This document shows, piece after piece, positions 13,981 to 28,454 of a stretch of DNA of 64,000 nucleotides. The stretch is from Octopus vulgaris (lineage: Eukaryota): contig OX597828.1 of NCBI GenBank assembly GCA_951406725.2, positions 32,116,001 to 32,180,000 on the forward strand, read 5' to 3'. The stretch's first letter is position 1. Each line of letters opens with the position of its first letter. Below the pieces are notes generated by a model that saw nothing but the letters and a program-made list of their open reading frames with translations, was not told the DNA's origin and ran no database searches. The translations under genes were made by a program, and so were the position numbers.

Positions 13981-14776
13981 CATGGTCTCATCAAAATGTA
14001 TCCGGACTGTTGCCATGTTAACGAAACTGAAGAACACTGCTGCGCATGCGCACTAAGTTTTACTGTTCTACCCCACTTCCGCTGTTTACAGCAGTACTTG
14101 GAATGACGGTGTGTAACGTGTGATTGTCGCGTTGGACATCATAGAGAAAGTTGAGTAGAGAATCTGCATCAAATTTTGCCAGATTCTTGGCGATATCTGC
14201 TCAGAGGCATGCCCAAAGTTTTCAAAAAGTTTTCATCATTCTTGACACAATTAATGAGCTATTGTGCAACTGAGACCCCAGTATCCTTTTGGTCAGCTGA
14301 AAGCATTTTTTGCAGAATTCGCGGCTAACACAGGTCTCATAACGAAATCTTCAGTTGTAATGGAGTGAACTAAACTGTAACTAATCTGCACGTCCTTTGA
14401 TAACTTGGATGTTTTTCTCATTTCTGCTGGTTTCGCGTCTCCCAGAACATTCGTCAATATCGACATATTTTTGGCTATCCTGGAAGCATCTGAACCACAC
14501 ATACACTTCTGTGTGCCTCTACGTATACTTTCTCCAATATTACGTAGCCCTCTGAGCAGGTATCTCTGTGACAACTTTCTCTGTTATGGTCAATGCGACA
14601 ATCACACGCTACACACCTCCCAAACACTGCTGTAAACAGTGGAAATGAGTTAGAACATTCAAATTAGTGCGGATCCACAACGGAGTTCAGGGTCAATATT
14701 TACCAAGTGTGTTAACTCTGCGTGCTTTAGCTTCCTTACTATGGCAACAGTCCGGATATTTATTGATCAAACCTCG
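13981..14776. mobile_element. Mariner-derived fold-back non-autonomous element with TA target duplication
   Basis: TA-catggtctcatcaaaatgtatccggactgttgccat ... atggcaacagtccggatatttattgatcaaacctcg-TA. The inverted similarity extends about 200 bp. Both arms carry mariner N-terminal coding remnants (RICIKFCQ on +; WFRCFQDSQKYVDIDECSGRRETSRNEKNI and ISYSLVHSITTEDF on -). Confidence 0.85.
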
Positions 14777-14804
14777 TATTGTGAGGTAATCAGCCAGACG
14801 AACA

Positions 14805-15288
<484 letters not shown>

Positions 15289-16051
15289 ATAAGCCACACG
15301 ATGAAGCTGTAATTTTATCTACATTTTTTTGTCATACTGACAAGTAGAAGCAATTATCTATCAATTGAATGACTGGCACCTGCTAATTATGACGTTATCT
15401 AATTACACGAGTGATTTCAAACGAAATAAATTGAATAACTGAGAAGACGTTCTGAAGGTACTACATATAAAAACTAGACGTTATATCGAAGCTGACACAC
15501 ATCTGTTTATCGTCACGTTAAGTCATCACATTTAAATAAAATTAATTAATGATTTTTGTCTTGTTTATATATTACTTCATTGAAATGTTTAAGAGATTTC
15601 ATTTATTGATGTAATTCAAAATAAACATTTTATGCAGTGTACAACAGCTGTGTATATTTTTAATTATATTTTTCAAATTGAATAAATATTTTGAAGTAAA
15701 CCTTTTCTCGATTTCCTAACACGTTCTTACATTCATTAATAATTCTTACCTGTCGTAATAAACCTATACAACACTTTGCTTTATGCTGATTGCATAGTTA
15801 ACAAAGTAGCCATGAAAAGTTTAAAATATGGAAACGAAGAAACTTTTTTTCTAACGTATTCGTTGTCATCTTCAATTCAAAGCATTTTGCTTTCTCCATA
15901 AGATTGAAAATGTATATATGTATATATATCCATCATCTTACATTGAAGCTGGATATTGTAAATCTAAGAATAACACTTCGTGTCATATTAACCTGAATAA
16001 TTCAAAATATGTTTAAATTCTAAATACGAATGTGAAATACAGATATACGTA

Positions 16052-16222
16052 GGCGCAGGAGTGGATGTGTGGTAAGTAGCTTGCTAACCAACCACATGGT
16101 TCCGGGTTCAGTCCCACTGCGTGGAATCTTGGGCAAGTGTCTTCTGCTATAGCCCCGGGCCGACCAATGCCTTGTGAGTGGATTTGGTAGACGGAAACTG
16201 AAATAAGCCTGTCATATATATG

Positions 16223-16255
<33 letters not shown>

Positions 16256-16473
16256 TTGTGTGTCTGTGTTTGTCCCCTAGCATTGCTTGACAACCGATGC
16301 TGGTGTATTTACGTCCCCGTCACTTAGCGGTTCGGCAAAAGAGTCCGATAGAATAAGTACTGGGCTTACAAAGAATAAATCCCAGGGTCGATTTGCTCGA
16401 CTAAAGGCGGTGCTCCAGCATGGCCGCAGTCAAATGACTGAAACAAGTAAAAGAGTAACAGAGTAAAAGAGTA
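16052..16473 (+). mobile_element. tRNA-derived SINE (family A), full length
   Basis: Starts ggcgcaggagtggatgtgtggtaag and has the B-box ggttcagtccc, an internal microsatellite and a (GTAAAAGA)n tail. Confidence 0.92.
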
Positions 16474-16684
16474 ATATATACATAATGTAACTACACGTAT
16501 GCCGTTTGCGATTTATTCTCCATTTTTTTAACTTTCCCTTTCTCCTTTCCGACAATAAACTATGCTGGTAACGTCAAACTCTCTCCTTTCAGCGAGTGTC
16601 AAGATATTACATGCCTTGTGCACTTCGTTTAATTTCCGATTTATTCCTTTTTTTTAAATCTTAATCTTTTGTTCATTCGAATTT

Positions 16685-16734
<50 letters not shown>

Positions 16735-16849
16735 TGTGTGTGTGTTTGTGTATGCATGTATAGGCAGAGGAGTGGTTGTCTGATAAGGAGTTTGCTTCCC
16801 AGCCGATGTCGGTGTGTGTATATATGCACACACACATATATGTATATAT

Positions 16850-17060
16850 ATCAGTCGGCATGATAGATCGTTATCCACTACACACATATTCTTCTCTCCT
16901 TCTATCTCTCCTTGTTTTATGTGTCCCTTTCTGTAGGAGAGCGTAGGCTCGAAACGTAAAATACTTTTTCTATTCCTGAGCGTTATACTAATGCATCTGT
17001 TTGTTTTGTACACCACCTGTCTTAGTCTTTCGTATTTTTTTCGTAAAGGCTCCCTATATA
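16850..17060 (+). mobile_element. Probable Penelope-like terminal (pLTR) fragment with a minimal HHR-like motif at 16928-16961
   Basis: ttt-CTGTAGGA-gagc-gtag-gctc-GAAA-c-g-TA-aaa shows a perfect 4-bp stem II, GAAA, a palindromic ACGT stem III and a GUA triplet. The core deviates from CUGANGA. The fragment ends in (TA)n. Confidence 0.5.
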
Positions 17061-17074
17061 TATATATAGTTATT

Positions 17075-17485
17075 TTACAGTGTTCAGAAAAACTGAAAGT
17101 CCGTTGCAATAAGTGTGTGGATCTGAATGTTGAATATGTCGAACAAACTCGTTATTAACACATCGCCCTGGATTTTGTTTTACCCAGGAAATTTTCAGTA
17201 CCTCTTCTACATATAACACAACTCTAACAATTCTGTTGTTGTTTGTAGGAGCTGAACATATGTACTAAGGGTTTAGGAGTCAGGATCTACTGCAAGGAAT
17301 TACACAAATGTTGATATCTCTGATCGTACATGTACAATTTATACATGAATCAGCTTGCATATAATCATTATGGACATACACATATCTTTCAATTTTTCTA
17401 AGCCCTGTAAAATAACCCTGAAGGATGAGTGTCCAACCAGATCTTTTGCTATAACCCCAATGCAGGAAATATTCAGCACCCCTTG
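17075..17485. mobile_element. Mariner-derived MITE remnants (two pieces)
   Basis: SEKLKVRCNKCVDLNVEYVEQ resembles a mariner C-terminus. TIR-like ends are ggaaattttcagtacctc (about 17187) and ggaaatattcagcacccc (about 17465), related to the MITE at 56904-57099. Confidence 0.6.
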
Positions 17486-17494
17486 TGTGTGTGC

Positions 17495-17581
<87 letters not shown>

Positions 17582-17604
17582 CATGCAAACACACACACAC
17601 ACCT

Positions 17605-18000
17605 GTCTTTGCGTAGTTAAGAAGCTCTCTATGCAGCTACTTTTGGAACTCAGTTTCGCAGTACGGCGTCTTGGGTATGTGTTGCCTGCTATAGCTTCGA
17701 GCTGAGTCATGCCGTGATACAGAAGTTGCTGTACGGAAACTGTACGAAAACCCGTTTTACTATTAAAGTGTATGCGTATACATGTGTATGTCACTATGTT
17801 TCATTTTAACATCCTTCACTTGACATCCGAAGCTAGTTTGTTTACATCTACGTAAGCTAGTGATTCGTCAACAGAAAACGATAAAGTAAATCTCAAACTT
17901 TTTTAAAATGTTCTGGAGTTAATTATATGAATTAAATTTTACAAGACAGAAACTTATTGCCCCATTATGGCCACTGACCATGCCGCAGACAGAAGCAACC
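17605..18000 (+). mobile_element. Old degraded copy of SINE family A
   Basis: Colinear decayed motifs: gtagttaagaagct..., cttgggtatgtgttgcctgctatagc, cggaaactgtacgaaaacccg. Confidence 0.55.
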
Positions 18001-20758
18001 TATAAAAAAATAAAGAATCTAAATATAACTTAGTAATGGCAAGTGTAAAGATGAAGCCAGTTACATCACTCTATGCAATGGTCTTATTCGATTAATCATC
18101 TTTGAATTATATTTGATTAATTGTAAGTCCAAAAATAAGTTACTGAGTTAGGGCTCAATTATTTGAACCACAGCACCGTCATTCCAATACACCAATATAC
18201 AACGATGAGTTGTTCAACATTATATTTCGTTCGGTATTGTAACCTAAGATTAGCTGGATTCTTTCGTTTGTGGATGTTGCATAGTAATCAATATAGTGCC
18301 GATAAGGTTTTCTCCCTATACACCTTACTTCGGACAAGTGCGTACGATCTACCGCTGGAGAGTTAATAGATTCATGTTGAATAATTTTCAGAACAAATAT
18401 ATGCAGTACACTTATATTCATTAGTGTTTATGTGAAAAATTATGTATTTAGCCAGACAGCACAATTAATTTCACAATTCTGTTGCAATCAGTATTTAGTG
18501 AGGTAACACAAGTACAGCTGTTTATTTTATTAATATCTAAATTAATCAAATTTCCTATGTCAAAATTCTTATTAATTCATGACTTTCCTTTCATCTTATT
18601 CTGTTCTAAAACATTTCGTAATCTTCTGTGCTTTCTAAAATATTCTTCTGTAGGTCAAAAATAAATTCATCTTATCTTTAATTGATTAATTTCGGAAACT
18701 TGTAACAAACAGTGTTCAGATGTACAATACTTTTTTAATTTTACTTCCTGTTCAGTATTACAATATTTTGAGTTTAGTGAGTGATGTAACTAGGAGGTAA
18801 CACTAATAAAAAGAAATTAACTATATGTTTTTTTTTTATGTTAGGTAGTTTTAATTTTATATGGATTTAGTTTAGAAAGTGGAACGATGACGTTTACAAG
18901 GGAATTCGCTAAAGGAAAGCCTAAAATACGTCATCCTTCCAGTCTTGGCTTAATTTTATTTTATATCATTTTTTTAGTTATTTTATATTCACACAAATTC
19001 TTGATAGCAGTGAGACTACGATTTGACACCTATATTTTATGTATATAAGGCAGTATAAACAATGATATAAAGGATTATAGTTAATCCCATTTAGTACACG
19101 TAGACTTCGAGCGACTAATGGGGATAAGACGGTATATTTCATTAGCGATTAACAAAAAAGGGTACTTCAAAAAGTTAATTACAAACATGTTTAATGATGT
19201 TTGTTTTATTCCATATAGTGTAAACCATCATAGAAGTAAATTATATATGTGGCCTGATTATTTGGAATATATGACATAGCAGTGAAACGAGTTCTCAATA
19301 GACAACATGAGATGGGATTTAAAAAGAATAAGCACCACACTACATACGTATTTCAATACGAAATCGTTTTCAACAAATCAAAATTGTATCAAATTTCATA
19401 GAAACTAACATAGAGGTCAAATAAAGCCCTCGATGGATTTGTTCAACTTTAGATTAATATTAATATGTAGGGATTGAAAACAAACTTCACAGTGACAGAA
19501 ATATATCATCCATCGAATAACAAGTGTTATTAGGTGTATTGGATGCGGATGATATTATTTTTATGCAATCAGATGGCAGCCGTGTATTTAACTTCATGAC
19601 AAAATATTATTTCAAATGTTATTAGACTGAATTTTATATTTTGTACAATAATAAAATGAAGATTGATTAAACTTGTTATTGAAGTAGCAACAAAAGAACA
19701 GATTATATTGTTACAAGGTCGCAAATTAAATTTTAGATATGTGAACTAGTATCATTTCTTTCATAACACACACAACAACACGCACACGTATATGCGTGCT
19801 TGTGTTGTGTGTGTGTGTGTCTGTGTGTGTGTGTGTGTTATATATATGATATATATAAATATATATGTGTAATATGTGTATATATATGTATATATATACA
19901 TATATATATATGTGTGTGTGTGTATTTGTGTGTGTGTGTGTGTATGCATGTATCTATAAAACTATAACAGGGACAATTATCGAGCAGCGCCACATGCCAG
20001 AAGAAGACGCTAAAATGTTCTAAAACTACCTTATTTATCACATAGACACGGGCGGAAAGCGAGGGAAATGAACAAAAAGATTAACTGTGCAACTCCAAAT
20101 CTCTCAATTTCTTTCTGTATATGTGTATATGTGTGTTATATGAGTTTTTGTGAGTGTAAGTGTGAGACACTGTGTGAGTCTGTGTTCTGTCTTTTTAAAC
20201 ACTGATCAATGTTACGCCTGGTAGCGCGAATTAGCGATGTGTATAAAGACAAGGTTATTACCAGTTCAAATATGCTTGGGAAATATTCGTAAGAAAGCCA
20301 TTCACAGAGTTTTGTCACGAAGAAAATTGACAAAATCATCAGTAGACAAAATGCTGTAATGCACCTAAAATCAGCTAGCAGTGCCACCTACCCAGAAAGT
20401 GAGATGTAAGCTTTTCGGAGTGGTTATCTTTTCCTCAATCATAGTAACCGGAGAGGGCACGTTGTCTGTTTCATGATATTGCAGTCATTGTATTTGTCTA
20501 CAGCGAGAAACGTTCTCCATGACGTAACACAAAGAATGGATTTCTTAGAAGCATAAACAATCTGGCAATAACCTCGGTCAACGTTGGTTCCTACAACGAT
20601 ACTTCTGATATATGTGACATCAAAGCCTTTTTGGCTAGATGAATACACGGTCGGAAAGTAGTGATTTCCTAAATTCATTAACTGATAAAGTTACCCACAC
20701 ATGCACGCCTATCCAATCCTATCTATCTTTCTATCTGTATATCGATATTTCTATTCAG

Positions 20759-20805
<47 letters not shown>

Positions 20806-20806
<1 letters not shown>

Positions 20807-21607
20807 AGGGTGCGATGGGTAAATTGCTACCATTTAAATTTTTTTATTTCATGCAGGCGCATCATTTGTCTCTGATTTTGTCGACTACACAGTATAGTAG
20901 AATCAGGTAGCACCGTCTGTTAAAAAAAAACAGCATCAAAATGCAATTCTCCCTATCAGAAATTTGGAAGCTACATGCAGTAATGCTTCGCATTCTTCCA
21001 GAAGATCCAATACGAACACATGATGAGGACAAGGCAATCTGAGGATCCAGTCAACATCATAGTGTTTGGAGTGTTCAATAGTGATGGCGTCGTTATGCCT
21101 CTATTCTTCTTCCCAGACGGTCTCAATATAAAAATGGAGATCAACATCAAGTGCCTGCAGGCGGTAGTGTTGTCCTGGGTCAAGAGGGTGGATGTTGGAA
21201 GACAATATGTCTGGCAACAGGACTCTACACCATGCCACACAAACAAGAAAATCCAGTCATAGCAGTCAGACAATCTCTGAGATTATATCACCACTCGCCA
21301 CCTAACTCCCCACGGTTCAACTCGATTATTTTGTGTCGGACGAAGTTGAGCGAGAGATCGACGACACTTTTCGACATACCAAACATGAACTGAAGGCAAG
21401 GATTATATCAGTATTCACCAACTTAAACAAAGAGATCATCCAGAAGAGTTGCACGAAATGCAGAAGTTGTCTTGAGACTGTGGTTGAAGCCAAGACCAAT
21501 TTTATTAAATAAATTTACTCTTTGGTATTTCAAGATTTTTTAAATGTAATTTTGGCAAATATATCGATATCAGTGCTGTGTTAATTTTACTTTCGAATAA
21601 TTTAGAC

Positions 21608-21608
<1 letters not shown>
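20806..21608 (+). mobile_element. Tc1/mariner maT (DD37D-like) transposon, internally deleted
   Basis: Starts TA-cagggtgcgatgggtaaattgc. ORF 21020-21262 reads VNIIVFGVFNSDGVVMPLFFFPDGL...YVWQQDSTPCHTNKKIQS, followed by PPNSP. It is homologous to 49237-50108. Confidence 0.85.
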
Positions 21609-21662
<54 letters not shown>

Positions 21663-21691
21663 TACACACACACACACATATACATATACAG

Positions 21692-21803
<112 letters not shown>

Positions 21804-22118
21804 GCATACATACATTGATACAGATATACTTATATATAATTATATAATTGAAAAAAAGAAAAGTATTAACATGATTTCAGTGGTAGCTCTAATCAGTTTA
21901 ATTAATCTTTTTTTTTCCATTTTTGGTTAGCATACATTTTACACTTACGTTCGTAGATCTAGTAGACTAGATCTACAAGCTAAAATGTAAAATATAAATT
22001 ATTAACAAATGAAAACATGATAAATTAAACTGATTAGAACTACTAGTGAAATCATTCCTTGTGTTTTTTTCAAATACACCTGTCCCTGTCAAGTATCTCA
22101 TGCATTTTCCAAGATCTA

Positions 22119-22189
<71 letters not shown>

Positions 22190-23424
22190 TCACACACAGA
22201 CACACATACGCAGACACACACACATGCATACATTAATATATATGATGTTATAGTATATTATATTATACTGATTTACATTATGTTATGTTGCATGTAATAT
22301 ATATCGCATAAGTGCATACTGAGAGAGTATGTACGATGCATTCAGTCAAACCATTTAAATGCTGATAACAGCAATTAAATATCAAATTGAATACTTTTCA
22401 ACTAGAGATTTTTGCATTAGTAAACACAGTTTATATATGTACCTAAAGGTAAATGAAACAACTTGGTAATATAAGTTTACCATCTGCCTAGAAGATAAAG
22501 AACGTCATGGGAAATAATCGTGCGTTACATATTTTTATAGTTAAAAATACATTTCTCTTAGTCAAGAAAGTCATTCGTGTCGTAATATACTGAATATATA
22601 AGAACAAGCTTTATGAAAATTTACATATATAATTACTGAGATGGATCGGTGCCAGATCAAAACAAATTAGAAAATTACATGTTTTCTAAGGGTCAACATA
22701 TTATTTCGTTTTATTAGTAAATTTAATATTGTAGCCAAATTGTAAGAGCTTTCAAAAATGGGTTAAAGGCCGATATTTGTCTTCATGACATTGCACTTAG
22801 TTAATATCAAATTGTTTATTCGGTATACAATTATTCTGGCATGCGTCCACACACAAGTTACATAGCAACGTACATACATAATAATGAAATTTCTCGTTGT
22901 CTAAGTATTTTGTGTGCATACACGAAGCACATGTGTGTGTATGTTTCTGTGTATCTGTTTGTATGTGTAGCTATGCCCATTGACATATACCAATGTATAC
23001 GTTCGTGAGTGCACGTACGTATATGTGTGTCTGTAAGTACTCATGTTTGTCTGTTAGGAAGTTTGTAATGTCGCATTGATTGCTGTATTCATAAATTCTG
23101 TGGTCAAAATTCTGTGGTAACAATCTCTGTTGTTTATATACAAATACAGACGCAAAATATGTTCACAAAAATGTGTTGGTGTATCGGTCTGAATGCCTGA
23201 AACGCGGAGTAGATGAAACAGGGACAGATGAGGGGGATTATTATTTATGCTACACCTCTCGTTTGTCTTTTTTTTTTCGTTGTTCGAAAATATTTGGCTT
23301 TCTGTTTTTCTTCGTTTTTCTTCGTTTCTCATATGCCCTGTACCCATATATACATGTATATATGTATATATATATACATATATATGAAGATAAGTACATA
23401 TATGTATGTATATATGCATATATT

Positions 23425-23486
<62 letters not shown>

Positions 23487-23629
23487 AGATGCATGGATGT
23501 ATATGTATATAAAACATAATTAGTGATAAAATCAATGATATTAATGAATCATATCCATGACCAACATATAAAGAAAACTAGGTAAAATACGTTTACAGAC
23601 CCCCCCTCTTCGCACCGCTGATGATAACC

Positions 23630-23805
23630 AAGAGAACGGCAAAGTCGATACAGCTTGGCACCTGTACCGTTGCAACTCATTTATACAGCTGAGTTAACAG
23701 GACCAACCTGAAATAAAATGTCTTGCTCAAGAACACAACACGCAGCCCGTTCCGGGAATCACACTCACAACCTCACGATTGTAAGCTCAAGGGTCTAATC
23801 ACTGA
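23630..23805 (-). mobile_element. tRNA-headed SINE (family C, Meta/V-SINE-like core), head truncated
   Basis: Minus strand reads tcagtgattag...gaggttgtgagtgtgattcccgga...gtgttcttgagcaagacatttt...actcagctgtataaatgagt. Confidence 0.7.
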
Positions 23806-23979
23806 TTTTCAGTGTTTGATGATTAGATTTTGTCACACAATTGAATAAATAAAATCACGAAAATTACATTTAATAAAATCAATTGCTAAATAGTGTGCTT
23901 CGAAGTTATACTGGAAGTAACATTTGCTTTCCCTCGTGTGTCTGGTTACTTAAGATGCTCGCAAAATCATAAATAGTGA
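23803..23979 (+). repeat. 177-bp inverted duplication, left copy
   Basis: Reverse complement of 26877-27053 with 3 mismatches found by eye. Confidence 0.95.
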
Positions 23980-24011
23980 TTCGCACAAACACAAGCAAGC
24001 AAAGACACACA

Positions 24012-24054
<43 letters not shown>

Positions 24055-24270
24055 TGTCTTTTATCTTTTAATTACTTCTCTGATATGATCGCAGCCTGCG
24101 TGGACCGCCCTTTTAAAGAATTTTCGATTTCCTGTTTAATTTTTTCATAAGCCTGGTACTTATTCGAACGGTGTCTCCGGTCGAACTGCTAGCTAGTTTA
24201 CAGGAATGTAAATTTATCAATACCTGTCGTCAAACGACGGTAGGTGACAAACACAGATACCCACACACGC
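24055..24270 (-). mobile_element. Degraded 3' half of SINE family A (other decayed or partial copies at about 27850-28430 +, 48690-48920 -, 57239-57440 +)
   Basis: Shares decayed motifs with the young copies, e.g. agcctggtacttattc, gaactgctag and gtcgtcaaacgacgg. Confidence 0.55.
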
Positions 24271-24577
24271 ACATTTCATCACTGAAAAACACTTCCATAG
24301 TTTATGTTGAGGGAGATGGTTTTCGTTTGCTGGGGGCTGGAAAAAAACGTTACAATTTGCCTAGGAAATACAGCTGTCTGAAGCAACGGCAATAAGCTTT
24401 GAGGTAGAAATATTTAGCTGTACAAAATGTGGTAGAATCTACTAGAAGGAGACCTCTGTTATCAGAAAGCACAACATACCTCCGATCCCAGATTTTATAT
24501 TTTTTAAACTAAAGAGAAGTGAGACGACTGGTTTTATTTCGGAAATGAATTAACAACTACTGCAATCTAAATATCGA

Positions 24578-24785
24578 CTTCAGATTTTGCCACAAGGCCA
24601 GCAATTTTGAGAGACCTAGTTATTGGATTACACCGACCTCAGTTCTTAACTGGTACATATTTTATTGACCCCAAAAAGATGAGGAGAATCAACCTCGGCG
24701 AAATTTCTACTTAGAGTGTAACAACGGAACAAATGCCGCTAAGCATTTTATCCGGCGTTCTAAAGCTTCTTCAAGCTTTCCTGCT
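24578..24785 (-). mobile_element. SINE family B (Nin/Deu-like core)
   Basis: ggtacatattttattgaccccaaaaagatga...acctcggcgaaattt...ccgctaagcatttt is the reverse complement of the 63887-64000 type. Confidence 0.65.
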
Positions 24786-25430
24786 TACTACAATCTAAAT
24801 ATATTGTTCTCATTATATAACTGTCTGAAGATATTCGCTTCCACCGTTAACCCATCCAACACCGCGAACAATATTTGATTTCGTTCCAAATATAATATCG
24901 ATTTCTCTTATAAATATACGTGCCACATTCATACCATTCATCATGGTGAGAGAAAATAGAGCTGCAGAGTTACATATAGATATAAAAATGCACCATGCGT
25001 GCAGAAAGTGTAAACAAAACGTTCGTCATTAGAAACAAGATAATTGTTTTAAAATATTAAAATAATTATATAAAATATTATGTGACATATATCGATTTCA
25101 AATGATAGAAAGCGATAGTATAAAACTGGAAAATAATTCGACATATGTAGAAAGAGTAAAAAACAAATCTGGAATCAACACACTATATACCATGCCAATT
25201 ACCTATGTACATCTTTAATTTAACTTAGAATCTTCAAAATTCTTATTTCATCTAAATTTTTGACATTTTTCAAAATGTCTTCTGTATAGACCCAGCTGTT
25301 ATTTTTAATTAATATTTTCTTCCTTATAAATGTCAAAAATCATTTGCTTGTATCAAGTAAATTTTTATTGAATTTATCTGAAAGGTGATATCAATATATC
25401 TCACTATCTCCCTCTCCCTCTCTCTCTCTC

Positions 25431-25521
<91 letters not shown>

Positions 25522-26087
25522 ATTGGTGCATGTGTGTGTATTTGTATTTTCTACAGGAATTTACTACGACCCCCATTTTTTTTTTATTTTGGCTCCAAAT
25601 CGTTGATTTAAGAAAGATAAAATAAATAAGTGAATGTTGGAAGACGTTTATATATGTACTTCTGCACACACATACACAAACCCACAATAAAGCACTCACA
25701 CATTTCTATGTGCAAATGTGTATGTGTATATATATATATGTATATTATACATACATAAACATACATATAAGAATCGAGTGTGTATTATATACGTATTTGT
25801 GTGTATAGAAAAATAAAAGTATATTAAACTTCTAAATTGTTTCATATGTATCTTTAACAGCCATCTTTACAACAAAACCATGAAATTGAATAATATTGAC
25901 CCAATAGGCACTTCAAAGATAGCTTTGAACGGAGGTTTTTTTTTATCATACAGACGTGAACATTTTCATTTAGCCAACTCTAGAAGGCTTATATATTATG
26001 GCAAACATACATACTTTCATACATAGACATACACACTGTAATATGTATGCAGAAAAATACAAACATATACACACACGCGCAAACGTT

Positions 26088-26139
<52 letters not shown>

Positions 26140-26876
26140 TATCTAACTATATAACTACTACTAACAGGCACACACACCAATATATATATATGTGTGTGTG
26201 TGTGCGTGTCTGTGTATGTGTGTCTGTGTGCGTATGTGTGTTTGTGTTCACATATATGTGCATGCGCGTATGTGGATATGTATGACTAGGCTTTATGCGT
26301 ACATCTCTGCGTATGTGGTGTTTTTAATATTCTTCTAAAACCTTTGATCGCTAGAAAATATTTGACGTCTTTAACATCGGTTATTTATTATACTTCATCT
26401 AGTGCAAATAGGATTGTCCTTTTTTCTGCAATACATACTGGACAACTTATATTGTTCCTCACATACATCATACACCATTGTTGATAAACTCAATACCAGT
26501 AAGACGCTGGTATGAGAGATTTTAATATGCGATACGTAAAGATCACCATATTTTTTTATCATCAATGTGATAATGTTTTTAATATGATTTCTGATGTTGC
26601 TGCTGCAGATGTTACCATTTGTTACTGATTTGTTTCCTTTTATAAAATACATCGAACAATATTCATATTGTTATTGAATTTGACTAAAAAATTTGATTTC
26701 GAAAGACAACTTATTATTTAAGTACTACCTTATAAAGTAATGCCACCATATTCTTTTTAACATTCAAGAAAAATAGAGATTAATGTTTGGAAATAGAAAA
26801 AAAGTTAAAAGTGACTGAATTAGGTTACATGCAGAAAACAGAATTGAAGACTAAAATATATACGAGATGTCAAGAC

Positions 26877-27053
26877 TCACTATTTATGATTTTGCGAGCA
26901 TCTTAAGTAACCAGAAACACGAGGGAAAGCAAATGTTACTTCCAGTATAACTTCGAAGCACACTATTTAGCAATTGATTTTATTAAATGCAATTTTCGTG
27001 ATTTTATTTATTCAATTGTGTGACAAAATCTAATCATCAAACATTGAAAATCA
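26877..27053 (-). repeat. 177-bp inverted duplication, right copy
   Basis: Reverse complement of 23803-23979. Confidence 0.95.
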
Positions 27054-28025
27054 ACTTGTGACAATTGTGAAAGAGGAAACAATTTGTGACTAGAATATAT
27101 AAGAGAAAAAGAAACACACACACACACATACACAACCATATAAAAAATAAATAAATAAACTACATGCCATTATGACATCGCTTTAATTCTTTGAAAAGTT
27201 TCCAAGTCAACAGGTTCACTTTATTGCACTTAATTGATAGGCGTTAGATACGGTTTTGTTTCCTTTCATTAACTTACAATTATCTATTTTTACTATTAAT
27301 GGAGATTTTCCTATTTAAATGTATTGATTTATACATAGTCTTCATGAATGTTACGATGCGAAGTGAACTGGTTGTATGTTTATTTGTATGATAATTGAAG
27401 TACAGTTCTTTAATGTTCAGAATCAAATTTTAATCAGGGTCAAATATGAATTTCTCTTTTGGAAAATATATATAAATTCTTGTTATTTAAATTATTAATA
27501 TTAATAAAATTGCTTAATATATACACAGTATTCATGTTATGGAAAAAATGAGTTTTACAATTATAATTATGTTAGATTGTGTTTTTCGTTCTGAGGAAAT
27601 AATTTCTTATTGTGTAGATTTATATTGTTCCAACAGAAACTATTTATTGTTCGAAATAACAATCCAATGATTATATGTAATGATAGTGGGGAAAAAGCAA
27701 TACCGAGGTAGTGTTGTTGTATTACTGGTTCAACCTCGATTTAGATCTCACTAAAAACATCCAGTTTACTGTCATATTAGACTGGTACATACAAAAAGCT
27801 TCTGAGTAAAGCTACATGCGGAGTAATCTAGAGTTTTCGTACGAAGTACAAAGTATAGAATCAAAGTATAATTACTTGGCCATAGAATCACATAGTACGA
27901 CTTGTAACATTGCCATTGCGTGTTCGATCACAATGTACGTCGTTTTCATCATATAAGTGCTACCATAGCTTCAGTTTCTCGACCAAATTTCTTCAAGAGT
28001 ATGTTCGACAGATGTAAATCCTCAT

Positions 28026-28076
<51 letters not shown>

Positions 28077-28102
28077 TGTGTGCGTGCATATGTGCGTGAA
28101 TT

Positions 28103-28146
<44 letters not shown>

Positions 28147-28176
28147 AATATGTGTGCGTGCATATGTGCGTGAATT

Positions 28177-28220
<44 letters not shown>

Positions 28221-28454
28221 CACATGTCTTTGTGTCTGTATTTGCTCCCTCAGAACAGGTGGTGGTGTGTTTGCGTCCACGTTACAAAGTGGTTCGGCGA
28301 ACAGACCGATAGAATAAGTACTGGGCTTGAAAAATAAGTCTCGGATTCGACTTGTTCCAGTAAAAGTCTTCAAGGCAGTGCTCGAGCATGACCACACACT
28401 AATGACTGAAAAATTGTAAAGGACTAAGGAGTGTGTATATATATATATATATAA

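Noticed and set aside
16052-16125. tRNA gene
   Set aside because: It has A/B boxes but no complete cloverleaf and continues into a SINE body. It is a SINE head, as are the other tRNA-like segments.
20200-20680. GC-richer segment possibly encoding an integrase fragment
   Set aside because: Only a vague KAFLAR-type resemblance with multiple stops, so it cannot be supported.
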